10,782 nucleotides of DNA from Candidatus Rifleibacteriota bacterium (GCA_051747585.1 JBNJGH010000108.1:1-10782); one strand, 5' to 3'. Numbered from the stretch's first letter, positions 1 to 7,989 are shown. Notes: a model not told the origin generated them from the letters alone. Numbers and translations are program-made.

Positions 1-114
1 AAAGAATACAAGAAAGCCAAAGAAGCCTATACCGAAGCTATAAAGGCGAATACCGATCTGGATATAATTAAACTTGCTTCTGAAAGCAAAAAACTTCTTA
101 GCAAATACAAGTGA
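1..114 (+). CDS. 3' end of a probable tetratricopeptide-repeat protein (5'-truncated by the window edge)
   Basis: Frame 1 is open from base 1: KEYKKAKEAYTEAIKANTDLDIIKLASESKKLLSKYK*. YKKAKEAYTEAI matches the TPR helix-B pattern (Y..A...Y..A). The TGA at 112-114 overlaps the next GTG start (GTGA at 111-114). Confidence 0.65.
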   Translation, partial: KEYKKAKEAYTEAIKANTDLDIIKLASESKKLLSKYK

Positions 115-1073
115 CCGAAACTAATCGAAATTTTAAAGGTTCGACTCTTATAACCGCCATCGTTGGCTGGGTTTGTTTTTTTCTTATTTTTCGCCTTGCC
201 GGGCAGCAAATAACCATAGACAGCAAGGCTGCAGCCTATTTTTTATCTGCATCCATGCTGGTTATTCTATCTGTATGGGTTGTTAAAGGTTTTTCAAAAC
301 TTGATTTAAGCAGACAGATATATCTTTTAATTGGAGTAGCAGGCCTTGTAATAGTTTTTACTGCAGCAGGCCCTCTGGTTAGACGTGCAGAACTGATAAA
401 CCAGACTTCTGCAGCACCTGGCGAACTTTTGTTTCTAACATGTCGCTACAATATTCTCCAACCCGGCGTCGAAAAAATAGTTTTACCGATTAGAAACAAA
501 ATTTTCGAAGAAATCTCAGAGTTTGGCTCAGGATTATTTAAAGAAGCTGTTCACTTGATAATAATTTTATCGATCGCTCAGCTTGTTCTGGCATCAGGGG
601 TAGGCCTCTGGATAGCAAAAGGAATAGACAAACTGAGCCATCTGATTCCAATTGCTCTGGTTGCCACAATCGCCGATATCTGGAGTGTATCTGCCGGGGC
701 AACTGCCAAAATAATAATTTCTCCTCATATTAACTATTTTCTTTTACGTTTTCCTCTAATTACTGACAATGAAATTCCGTATCTTATAGGTCTTACAGAT
801 TTTCTCTTTTTTGCCATATTCTTTCAGGCATCAATAAGATACGGGCTGGGAACATTGAAAAACACATTGTTACTTTCTGCTTCTTTTGTTATTGCTTTCT
901 CTGCAGCAATCATAACTTCAAAAGGGCTGCCGGTATTGCCATTCATGGCGATTATTTTTGTAGCAGGCAATTACAAAAATCTTGAAATCGACAAGAAAGA
1001 AATGAAACTGGTTTTTGTATTTTTGCTTGTTGTACTGGCAATTTTTGCTGCTATTACATATATTATACACTGA
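111..1073 (+). CDS. Polytopic membrane protein, putative presenilin/signal peptide peptidase-like (A22-type) intramembrane aspartyl protease
   Basis: 320-aa ORF with many hydrophobic segments. Membrane-embedded Asp motifs IADIWSV (D189) and IGLTDFLF (D230), followed by LPVLP (273-277), occur in the same order as the YD / GxGD / PALP motifs. The CDS is well supported; the function is inferred. Confidence 0.6.
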   Translation: MTETNRNFKGSTLITAIVGWVCFFLIFRLAGQQITIDSKAAAYFLSASMLVILSVWVVKGFSKLDLSRQIYLLIGVAGLVIVFTAAGPLVRRAELINQTSAAPGELLFLTCRYNILQPGVEKIVLPIRNKIFEEISEFGSGLFKEAVHLIIILSIAQLVLASGVGLWIAKGIDKLSHLIPIALVATIADIWSVSAGATAKIIISPHINYFLLRFPLITDNEIPYLIGLTDFLFFAIFFQASIRYGLGTLKNTLLLSASFVIAFSAAIITSKGLPVLPFMAIIFVAGNYKNLEIDKKEMKLVFVFLLVVLAIFAAITYIIH

Positions 1074-1080
1074 CTAGAAA

Positions 1081-1087
1081 AGGGAGG
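1081..1087 (+). promoter_or_regulatory. Shine-Dalgarno site of dapF
   Basis: AGGGAGG lies 5 nt upstream of the ATG at 1093. Confidence 0.8.
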
Positions 1088-1092
1088 CGCTT

Positions 1093-1959
1093 ATGATTGG
1101 ATTTCGCAAACTGCATGGCCTTGGCAATTGTTTCATTTTCTTTGATGAATGCTTTCAACAGCTGGAATTTTTGAAAGAATCAAAATCGGTCCAACTGCTT
1201 TGTGACCCTGCCAGAGGTCTTGGTGCCGATGGCCTGGTATTTGTCCAGAATCCAATTAATCTCCAGCACCACTGTCGCATGCAAATATTTAATTCAGATG
1301 GTAGCGAAGCCGAAATGTGCGGCAATGCGATTCGAGGTGTTGCTCATATTTTCAATAAATTGCAGCTCGGCGTAAATCCGGTCTTAATTGAAACAACGAA
1401 GGGTACAACCGAAGTAAATTTCATCGGCGTAAGACATGGAGAATCATTCTACCGGGCAGAGATTGGAAAGCCTGATTTTGATCTGGTTGCCAGTGGCGAA
1501 CTTGTCAAACAGGAATACCGGAAAGAATTGAAATTTAAAGACCAGATTTTCACTCCGGTTTACGTGAATGTGGGAAACCCACATGCAGTTATTTTCTGTA
1601 AATCCCCTATGAGTAGCGATGATATGAGAAAGGCGGGCGCATGGCTCGAATCTCATCCCAATCACCCCCGCAATATCAATGTCGAATTTGTAGAGGTAAT
1701 TTCTAAAAACGAAGCAAAAGTAAATGTCTGGGAACGGGGTTGCGGCATGACCCAGGCCTGTGGCACCGGCGCCTGCGCAGTAGCAGCAGCTGGAATTTCA
1801 CACAACATCTTTAATGATTCGGTCAGTATCAACATGCCCGGCGGCAATTTAAAAATCGAGCAGAGCAAAAACGGAGAAATTTCCATGACCGGACCTGTTC
1901 AGGAAGTTGCCATCGGAAACATCAGCTCAAGCTTTATAAGCAGACTCTACCAGGATTAA
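1093..1959 (+). CDS. dapF: Diaminopimelate epimerase
   Basis: Motifs KLHGLGN, GADG, FNSDGSEAEMCGNAIR (first catalytic Cys), VGNPH, NVEFV, WERG and TQACGTGACA (second catalytic Cys). The length of 288 aa is typical. Confidence 0.96.
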   Translation: MIGFRKLHGLGNCFIFFDECFQQLEFLKESKSVQLLCDPARGLGADGLVFVQNPINLQHHCRMQIFNSDGSEAEMCGNAIRGVAHIFNKLQLGVNPVLIETTKGTTEVNFIGVRHGESFYRAEIGKPDFDLVASGELVKQEYRKELKFKDQIFTPVYVNVGNPHAVIFCKSPMSSDDMRKAGAWLESHPNHPRNINVEFVEVISKNEAKVNVWERGCGMTQACGTGACAVAAAGISHNIFNDSVSINMPGGNLKIEQSKNGEISMTGPVQEVAIGNISSSFISRLYQD

Positions 1960-1965
1960 CTTACA

Positions 1966-3438
1966 ATGCATAGCAAAAGATTTTCTTTATTATTTTTGTT
2001 TTTATTTTTGTTCAACTACAGCGCAGTATTCGCTGCCGATCGCCTGCCGGTGATTGCCGGATCTTTTTATCCAGCAGATAAAGCAGAAATCAATCAGCAA
2101 ATCAAGAGTTTTTTGTCAGAAATATCGACAAAAACTCAAATAGAACCCGACGCAGACTTGATTACTATAATTGTACCCCATGCCGGCTGGATTTATTCAG
2201 GCAAAACCGCGGCAAGAGCGTTTAAAGCTATTAAAGATATTAAATTTAGTGATTGTATTTTTGTCGGAGTAGACCACAGAGTTGGCCTTGCAGCTATTGG
2301 ATTATGGCCCGATGGGAATTACTTAACCCCGATAGGGAAAACACCTGTTTCTGAGTTTTTAACGGCAAAACTAATAGAAAAGTCAGAAAAAATAATTTCA
2401 TCCCCCCCGCTGCACAGCAAAGAACACAGCCTTGAAGTGCTGTTGCCTTTTTTTCAGCATTTTTTTCCCGAAAAACCCGCTGTTTTTTCTGTTTGTTCCG
2501 GCCCGACCGATAACGGAATCATTTTTGCTGATGCTCTGGCAGAAATACTGCCTGATCGCCCCGGCAAAACTTTATTGATTGTTTCTACTGACTGGTCCCA
2601 TTATCATTCAGAGGCTAAAGCAGAAAAACTTGATAAAAACGCAATAAAATCGGTACTTAATTTTGACAAAAAAACTCTGCTAAAGGATTGCCACAATAAG
2701 AAGGCCGAGCTATGCGGCCTTAATGGCGTTATTTGCGCCATGCATCTTATGAAACAAGCCTCGTCTACTGCCCGGCTACTTGAATATACTGATTCTTCAA
2801 AGGCTTCCGGCGACGCAAGCCGGGTGGTTGGTTACGCTGCTATTTTAATGCAGGGTTACAAGAATAGTATTTCAGGGAAACTCCCAACTACAAAGGAGAA
2901 CAAAAAAATGACTTTTGAACAGGAAGCACTGCAAACTGTGAGAAGAACTCTCGAAGCCCATCTTCAAGGCAAACCGATTCCGGATTTCAAGTTCAACCAT
3001 GAAAAATTCCAGCAAAAATACGGAGTTTTCGTAACCTTGAAAAAGGGTGACGAACTGCGCGGTTGTATCGGGTTTATAAAAGGCATTGAACCGCTTGCTG
3101 ATGCAATTCCTGAAATGGCTATTTCTGCCGCAACAAAAGACCCCAGATTCAATCCGATAACCTATGAAGAATTAAAAGATATTAAAATCGAAATATCTGT
3201 TTTGACACCAATGACACCAGTTGAAAAGATAGATGAAATAGAAATAGGCAAACACGGTCTAATGCTCCAACTCGGGCCAAATTCCGGTTTATTGCTGCCC
3301 CAGGTTCCCGTAGAATGGGACTGGGATGTAAAAGAATTTCTCGACAATCTCTGCCTCAAAGCAGGGTTGCCACCTGGCGCTCACAAACATCCCCAGGCAA
3401 AGCTCGAAAAATTTTCCGCCCAGGTCTTTTCCGAATAA
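1966..3438 (+). CDS. amrB/amrA: AmmeMemoRadiSam system protein B (Memo-like) fused to protein A (AMMECR1 domain), with a predicted N-terminal signal peptide
   Basis: Memo motifs: AGSFYP, PHAGWIYSG, EHSLEV, STDWSHY, LCG, SGDASRVVGY. AMMECR1 motifs: GVFVTL, LRGCIG, AATKDPRF, IEISVL, GLLLPQV, LCLKAG. The N-terminus MHSKRFSLLFLFLFLFNYSAVFA looks like a Sec signal peptide. Confidence 0.9.
   Translation: MHSKRFSLLFLFLFLFNYSAVFAADRLPVIAGSFYPADKAEINQQIKSFLSEISTKTQIEPDADLITIIVPHAGWIYSGKTAARAFKAIKDIKFSDCIFVGVDHRVGLAAIGLWPDGNYLTPIGKTPVSEFLTAKLIEKSEKIISSPPLHSKEHSLEVLLPFFQHFFPEKPAVFSVCSGPTDNGIIFADALAEILPDRPGKTLLIVSTDWSHYHSEAKAEKLDKNAIKSVLNFDKKTLLKDCHNKKAELCGLNGVICAMHLMKQASSTARLLEYTDSSKASGDASRVVGYAAILMQGYKNSISGKLPTTKENKKMTFEQEALQTVRRTLEAHLQGKPIPDFKFNHEKFQQKYGVFVTLKKGDELRGCIGFIKGIEPLADAIPEMAISAATKDPRFNPITYEELKDIKIEISVLTPMTPVEKIDEIEIGKHGLMLQLGPNSGLLLPQVPVEWDWDVKEFLDNLCLKAGLPPGAHKHPQAKLEKFSAQVFSE
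2893..2910 (+). promoter_or_regulatory. Internal Shine-Dalgarno plus in-frame ATG at the start of the AMMECR1 domain
   Basis: AAGGAG (2893-2898), a 9-nt A-rich spacer, then ATG at 2908-2910, which is codon 315 of the fusion. Confidence 0.55.
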
Positions 3439-3460
3439 ATTTCCGGGGGCTACTCCTTAT

Positions 3461-3490
3461 TTGACGCTTTTTAAAAGCCTGTGTTAAACT
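3461..3490 (+). promoter_or_regulatory. Putative sigma70-type promoter of the pilin cassette
   Basis: -35 TTGACG (3461-3466), 18-bp spacer, extended -10 TGnTAAACT (3482-3490). It lies in the only sizeable intergenic gap of the + strand run. Confidence 0.65.
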
Positions 3491-3535
3491 TAATAATTAG
3501 ATTTGAGTTTCCCTTTACAAGGGTGGGAGAAAAGA

Positions 3536-5947
3536 ATGAACAGAAGAGGGTTTGCCTATGTAGTGGCCGTTCTTATTCTTGGTCTGCTTGCTTTTATGGG
3601 AATGTTTTTAATGCAGAGCAGTACTGCCGAATACTCCCAGTCAGCTATTTCTGTCTACAGAACAATGGCGCGGCAACTCGCCGAAGCAGCAGCCGATGAG
3701 GCATTTGTAATGCTGGAAGAACGCTTTCAGGACAAATCAACCGATGGGCCCTTTCAACTGCTTCTCCATCAGGCAGCCTCGTCACAGATGCCAGCAGATG
3801 GCGGAGTAACCGGCTTGAACCCGACTTTGCTCGGTGATTTTTCCGATATGAAAGATAAAGTCACTCAAGCTTTAACCCTCAAAGACTACCACATGACCAG
3901 GGCCGGTTTTGAGATCGAAAAAATCATTCCAAATATCAAAGACCTCAGACCTATAGATCAAGGTCCTTTAAATGATCGGGACAACTATTACCGTTCACCC
4001 GATCGCACCGAACCATTTGATAACGCCTATTCGAGAGACTGGTATTTAACTTTAAAGCTTGATGTTACCATTGCCCTTCATAAAAAGCGTACTCTTAAGA
4101 TTGATTACACTATTTCAAAAGATGTTAAGTTACTTAACTTAGGCCCTATTGGGCGTAACTTCAGTTTGTTCAGCATTCTAACTCATCGCATTCCTTCGGC
4201 AGATGCAGCTACAGTTCAAAACGTCATCAGAAATGAGATGAATTCACCCGACACCCGTGGCGGAAGACTTGTTTTGTGGAACCAACCTTTTCAATCAAGG
4301 GTTTATCTGCACGGGCCATCTATTATCGCCCTCGAAAACCCGGAACTTGCACGAGACAGACAAGGTTACGGTGCTTACAACCTTTTCGGAGAAGATAACT
4401 CCAGGCCAGGGCCCAACAGCGCATTTCAATATTCAGATACTTTTTATGGTTTTTCATATTATCCCACCCTCGGACGCGCTTTGTTTCCACCGGATAATGC
4501 CCGCCACACTCTTGGGCTGATTTTTGGCCTTTCCGAACCCAAACCCGATAAAGCTGACAGCGCAGACATGGCGGCAAACTACCCTAACTTTGGCGCCCAT
4601 TCTACTATAAAAGGCGGACTTCTGCCCAGTCGTGACATCAGCTTCTGGGAGAAGCTGGGAAATATCGACTCAAACGGCATTCAAGATACCTACTTCAGAG
4701 GAACAAATGTTAATCAAAAATTTCTGCCGGCAGGGCCTTTCTGCCGAACACCATGGAAGTATGTTTCGCCCCTTTTTGACGGCGAAGACAGATATCTGCC
4801 CAACAGCACCGTTGATTATTCCGAAGCCTATCGCAAGGAATTCCCCGAAGATGATGAATATCTAAGACTTGAACACCGTTGGCTCGAAGACGATTCTGAT
4901 GTTGCCAAAGCCACACAAATTTATGCAAGGGCCTATAAGGTCGAACTTAACAACGTAACCAACAGCATTAAAACTCCTCCTTCTGAAGAGCTGCTTGAAT
5001 TTTCTTTGAGCTACTACAATGATCCCGAACCTGAAACTTTACTTGGTAAAATCGGCGGCGTGTTCTCAAATCTCGGCTCAAAGCTATGGAATCGTTTAAC
5101 TTTACCTTTTCAGGCTGTTGGCGTTCTTGCCAGTCCACTTATTGGCCGGATTTTCGGTGAGGGGGAAGACAGCTACCTTGATGCGTCAACCGAACAGAAC
5201 TTTGAAAATCTTTTCCCCGAAAATTTTAAGTTTAACATGCGTAAAGTTGTCACCAGAAAAATTAAAGACCAGGCCGACATACCCACTGATGAAAAAGGCA
5301 GATGGGTCTTGAACGGAGTTTACTGGCTCGACAGTTTACAAGTTGATTTACCTGTTACTTATGTAGGAACCGGAACCATTCTAGTTACTAAATATGACCC
5401 TGCGAAACCAATGACAATTAAAGAGAGTATCGTAGCTCTTAAAGCCGAAGATAACTTTACTCCTCTTGGCCATTTAAATATTATCTATCACCCTTACAGT
5501 TCTTCGGCCACAGATATAAGCGACCGACTACTTAATATCGAGGGTTCGGGAATAACTATCGAAGCCAGCCTTTATTCATGTTACGGAATTAAATCCAGTG
5601 AGGGAAATATTCTTGACCCGACTACTCTTGGAATGGATCCAAGCCAGACTCTGGACCAGTGGAAGGAAAACGGCTTCTTTACCCGCCTGAATTCTATTAC
5701 CAATATTATTATGGGTAATTATGTAAATTTTTACATGAGTAAGGATCACCAGAGAGGTGATATCTGGGTTGTCCATAATATAAACAGCCCGGTTTATTTC
5801 AATCAACCCAGTACAAATAATTACGAGATAGTTCAAAAAGAAATAGACGCTTCCGAAGCCGGAAGAAACAAATACGAAATGATGGTTCACGAATTTTTCA
5901 TGAGTCCCAAAATTCAACATGTTGCAACAATTGGCGGTTCTGACTAA
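3536..5947 (+). CDS. Large (803 aa) PilX/GspK-like minor pilin with an uncharacterised C-terminal region
   Basis: ATG 3536 is preferred over TTG 3503 because of the SD GGGAGA at 3525-3530. MNRRG|FAYVVAVLILGLLAFMG is a class III signal peptide without E5, followed by the PilX-type helix ARQLAEAAADEA. Confidence 0.75.
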   Translation: MNRRGFAYVVAVLILGLLAFMGMFLMQSSTAEYSQSAISVYRTMARQLAEAAADEAFVMLEERFQDKSTDGPFQLLLHQAASSQMPADGGVTGLNPTLLGDFSDMKDKVTQALTLKDYHMTRAGFEIEKIIPNIKDLRPIDQGPLNDRDNYYRSPDRTEPFDNAYSRDWYLTLKLDVTIALHKKRTLKIDYTISKDVKLLNLGPIGRNFSLFSILTHRIPSADAATVQNVIRNEMNSPDTRGGRLVLWNQPFQSRVYLHGPSIIALENPELARDRQGYGAYNLFGEDNSRPGPNSAFQYSDTFYGFSYYPTLGRALFPPDNARHTLGLIFGLSEPKPDKADSADMAANYPNFGAHSTIKGGLLPSRDISFWEKLGNIDSNGIQDTYFRGTNVNQKFLPAGPFCRTPWKYVSPLFDGEDRYLPNSTVDYSEAYRKEFPEDDEYLRLEHRWLEDDSDVAKATQIYARAYKVELNNVTNSIKTPPSEELLEFSLSYYNDPEPETLLGKIGGVFSNLGSKLWNRLTLPFQAVGVLASPLIGRIFGEGEDSYLDASTEQNFENLFPENFKFNMRKVVTRKIKDQADIPTDEKGRWVLNGVYWLDSLQVDLPVTYVGTGTILVTKYDPAKPMTIKESIVALKAEDNFTPLGHLNIIYHPYSSSATDISDRLLNIEGSGITIEASLYSCYGIKSSEGNILDPTTLGMDPSQTLDQWKENGFFTRLNSITNIIMGNYVNFYMSKDHQRGDIWVVHNINSPVYFNQPSTNNYEIVQKEIDASEAGRNKYEMMVHEFFMSPKIQHVATIGGSD

Positions 5948-6414
5948 TGACAATAAATTTTAACAAAAAAACAGGGTTTACTACCCCCGAACTTTTAATG
6001 ACATTGGTAGTTTTTTCTTTTGGTCTTTTGCCGCTTATAGTTTTATTTCAAAGTAGTCACAAACAGACAGCTCAGGCAAAAAACCTGATGATAGCTCAGA
6101 GTCTGGGTAGAACAATCATAAGTGAGGTAAAAGCGCTCGGGTTTAAAAAACTCGAGAAGGAGATGACAAATCCCGAGCTTGATATAGTTCATGTCGGAAG
6201 ACGTGTCGAAGGACCGCTGGTTGAAAGTGATCCTGAAACAATAATGTACCCCGATTATTACAAAAGATTTTTTACAAGTATTAAACTCGAGAAAGCCAGT
6301 ACCGATGACAATAAAAAAATTCGTGTCGAACTGGATATTGAATGGCAGGAACCTGATCGTAAATTCAATCTTGGTTTTGGAACTGTAGTGGTAAAATATG
6401 CAACTCAAAGCTGA
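5947..6414 (+). CDS. Prepilin-type N-terminal cleavage/methylation protein (PilV/GspI-like minor pilin)
   Basis: KKTG|FTTPELLMTLVVFSFGLLPL carries E5. The C-terminal KKIRVELDIEW strand resembles PilV-like pilins. The start overlaps the upstream stop (TAATG). Confidence 0.8.
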   Translation: MTINFNKKTGFTTPELLMTLVVFSFGLLPLIVLFQSSHKQTAQAKNLMIAQSLGRTIISEVKALGFKKLEKEMTNPELDIVHVGRRVEGPLVESDPETIMYPDYYKRFFTSIKLEKASTDDNKKIRVELDIEWQEPDRKFNLGFGTVVVKYATQS

Positions 6415-7165
6415 AAATACTAAAAAAGGGTTTACCCTTGTAGAAGCAATGGTTGTTATGGCAATACTCACCCTGTTAATGGGATTCGCCTGGCGCTTTT
6501 ATTTCGGTGGCCGAGAAACCATGCGCCACACTGTCAGTCAAAGTCAGGTTCAGGCAGATACCAGAATTTTTCTTGACCATCTCGAAGAAGAGATGGCTTC
6601 CTGTTATCGCTTTTCTGAGGTAAACAACGAAGAGAATAAATTCAGCTTTTACTCATTTGCCTATGGTAGAACCCCTCTAGATGAAGTTCTTTACGATTCA
6701 ACCGGGAAACCAAGAACAACCGGAGCCGATAGTGATGCTCAGATCAAAGCAGTCAAATATGAATACAGCTGGGCAGACAACAAGGTCACCAAGAAGCGAA
6801 CTCCCGGATGGCTCTTGTTTTTGCGAGATCCGATGGAATTTCGCGAAGGAGATCCGGATCATTTTATCAACCGCTATAACAAAATGGAAAAAACAGTCTT
6901 AAGAAACATCGAAGACTTCGAAGTAAAGGGTTATTCACAGATAACCGACCCGACAACTCTTACTGTTACAACGACCCCCGTAACCGAAGACAACCATGAC
7001 GAAACGGCTTTTGTCGTCCTTAGAATTCACACCCGTAAAGCTGAAGCAAAAAATCAACGTGACGAAGAACTCGATATAGTTACCAAATTTTACAGTCAAA
7101 CCAGACTGGCAGAAATTTCTAATCCAGATTTCTTCTGCACGACAGACCAACAGGGACGTTTCTGA
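6398..7165 (+). CDS. Prepilin-type N-terminal cleavage/methylation protein (PilW/GspJ-like minor pilin)
   Basis: Canonical KKG|FTLVEAMVVMAILTLLMG, followed by a long helix (QVQADTRIFLDHLEEEM). 17-nt overlap with the upstream gene. Confidence 0.85.
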   Translation: MQLKAENTKKGFTLVEAMVVMAILTLLMGFAWRFYFGGRETMRHTVSQSQVQADTRIFLDHLEEEMASCYRFSEVNNEENKFSFYSFAYGRTPLDEVLYDSTGKPRTTGADSDAQIKAVKYEYSWADNKVTKKRTPGWLLFLRDPMEFREGDPDHFINRYNKMEKTVLRNIEDFEVKGYSQITDPTTLTVTTTPVTEDNHDETAFVVLRIHTRKAEAKNQRDEELDIVTKFYSQTRLAEISNPDFFCTTDQQGRF

Positions 7166-7965
7166 TGGATAAAAAATGGCCGGTAATTGCAATAACGCTC
7201 ATTCTTATTCTTTTAATTTATAACTTTGTCTCCAGCATTTTCAAATCTGATCAAAAAAGATTCGATCATAACCGTATCTATGTTGATTATTCTGATTACC
7301 GCCATACCAAAAAGAAACCTAAAAAATCCGCTTTTAAAACTTCTACCAGAAGAAATCCAAATGCTTATAAAGCTGCCAGAGAAGCAAAAGAAATTCAGAG
7401 AAAAATGTTTTCTAATGTTATGACTGCTACCATAAGCTCATATAATGACTATATGGATAAAGCACTTAAAAACGTGCCTTCGCCTGTAGAAAAACTGCCC
7501 AAACCTAAAGCATCCCAGCAATACAAAAAATTTGTAAAATTAGCTAGAGAGCCGGTTATAGAATACGAGTCGGGACTCTCATATTTCGTATCGGGAAACT
7601 ATGATCAAGCTCTGGTTAAGTTCCAGGAAGCTTTACAAAATGTCGATCCCCTCGACGTTAAACATCGCATAGATATTTTTGGCATGATTGCCGAATGCTA
7701 TATGAAACTTAACAACGACAGAGGTTACGTTCAATATAAGGTTAAACAGGTTCGCATGAAACGAAAAATGCAACGTGTTCTAAAACAAGCATTTCCCGGC
7801 AAAAAGGATCTGATTGAAAAAGTTGACTGGGAAACTACCCAGCAGGCTTCAAAAAATCTTTTAAGAGTTAGATCTATGGCCACGAGAGTTAATTCGGCGG
7901 CTATGCAGAAAATGCTCAAAAGAGCCGAACTCGATCTGGAAGTAGCTCGCAAAGTAACTTATTAG
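7165..7965 (+). CDS. Membrane-anchored, basic TPR-containing protein
   Basis: N-terminal hydrophobic helix WPVIAITLILILLIYNFV. TPR-like segments YESGLSYFVSGNYDQALVKFQEAL and IFGMIAECYMKL. TGATG coupling at 7163-7167. Confidence 0.75.
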   Translation: MDKKWPVIAITLILILLIYNFVSSIFKSDQKRFDHNRIYVDYSDYRHTKKKPKKSAFKTSTRRNPNAYKAAREAKEIQRKMFSNVMTATISSYNDYMDKALKNVPSPVEKLPKPKASQQYKKFVKLAREPVIEYESGLSYFVSGNYDQALVKFQEALQNVDPLDVKHRIDIFGMIAECYMKLNNDRGYVQYKVKQVRMKRKMQRVLKQAFPGKKDLIEKVDWETTQQASKNLLRVRSMATRVNSAAMQKMLKRAELDLEVARKVTY

Positions 7966-7989
7966 ATTTCACCCAAATGCGTGGCATTT

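Noticed and set aside
111..170. Prepilin-like KG|STLITAIV at the N-terminus of the membrane protein
   Set aside because: Short match with no E5, in a polytopic protein; most likely an ordinary first transmembrane helix.
1108..1134. DapF GLGNCF instead of the usual GLGNDF
   Set aside because: A single substitution; both catalytic Cys motifs are intact, so there is no case for altered function.
2402..2408. C7 homopolymer as a phase-variation tract
   Set aside because: It is short, in frame, and encodes Ser-Pro-Pro; there is no evidence of slippage.
3503..3535. Longer TTG start for the large pilin, and the 3481..3699 ORF
   Set aside because: ATG 3536 has an SD and gives a typical short prepilin leader. 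The 3481 ORF starts inside the predicted promoter and overlaps the real gene.
5576..6471. Antisense ORFs of 125 and 142 aa, and the other short ORFs in the track
   Set aside because: They overlap well-supported genes and have no recognisable motifs; they are shadow ORFs.
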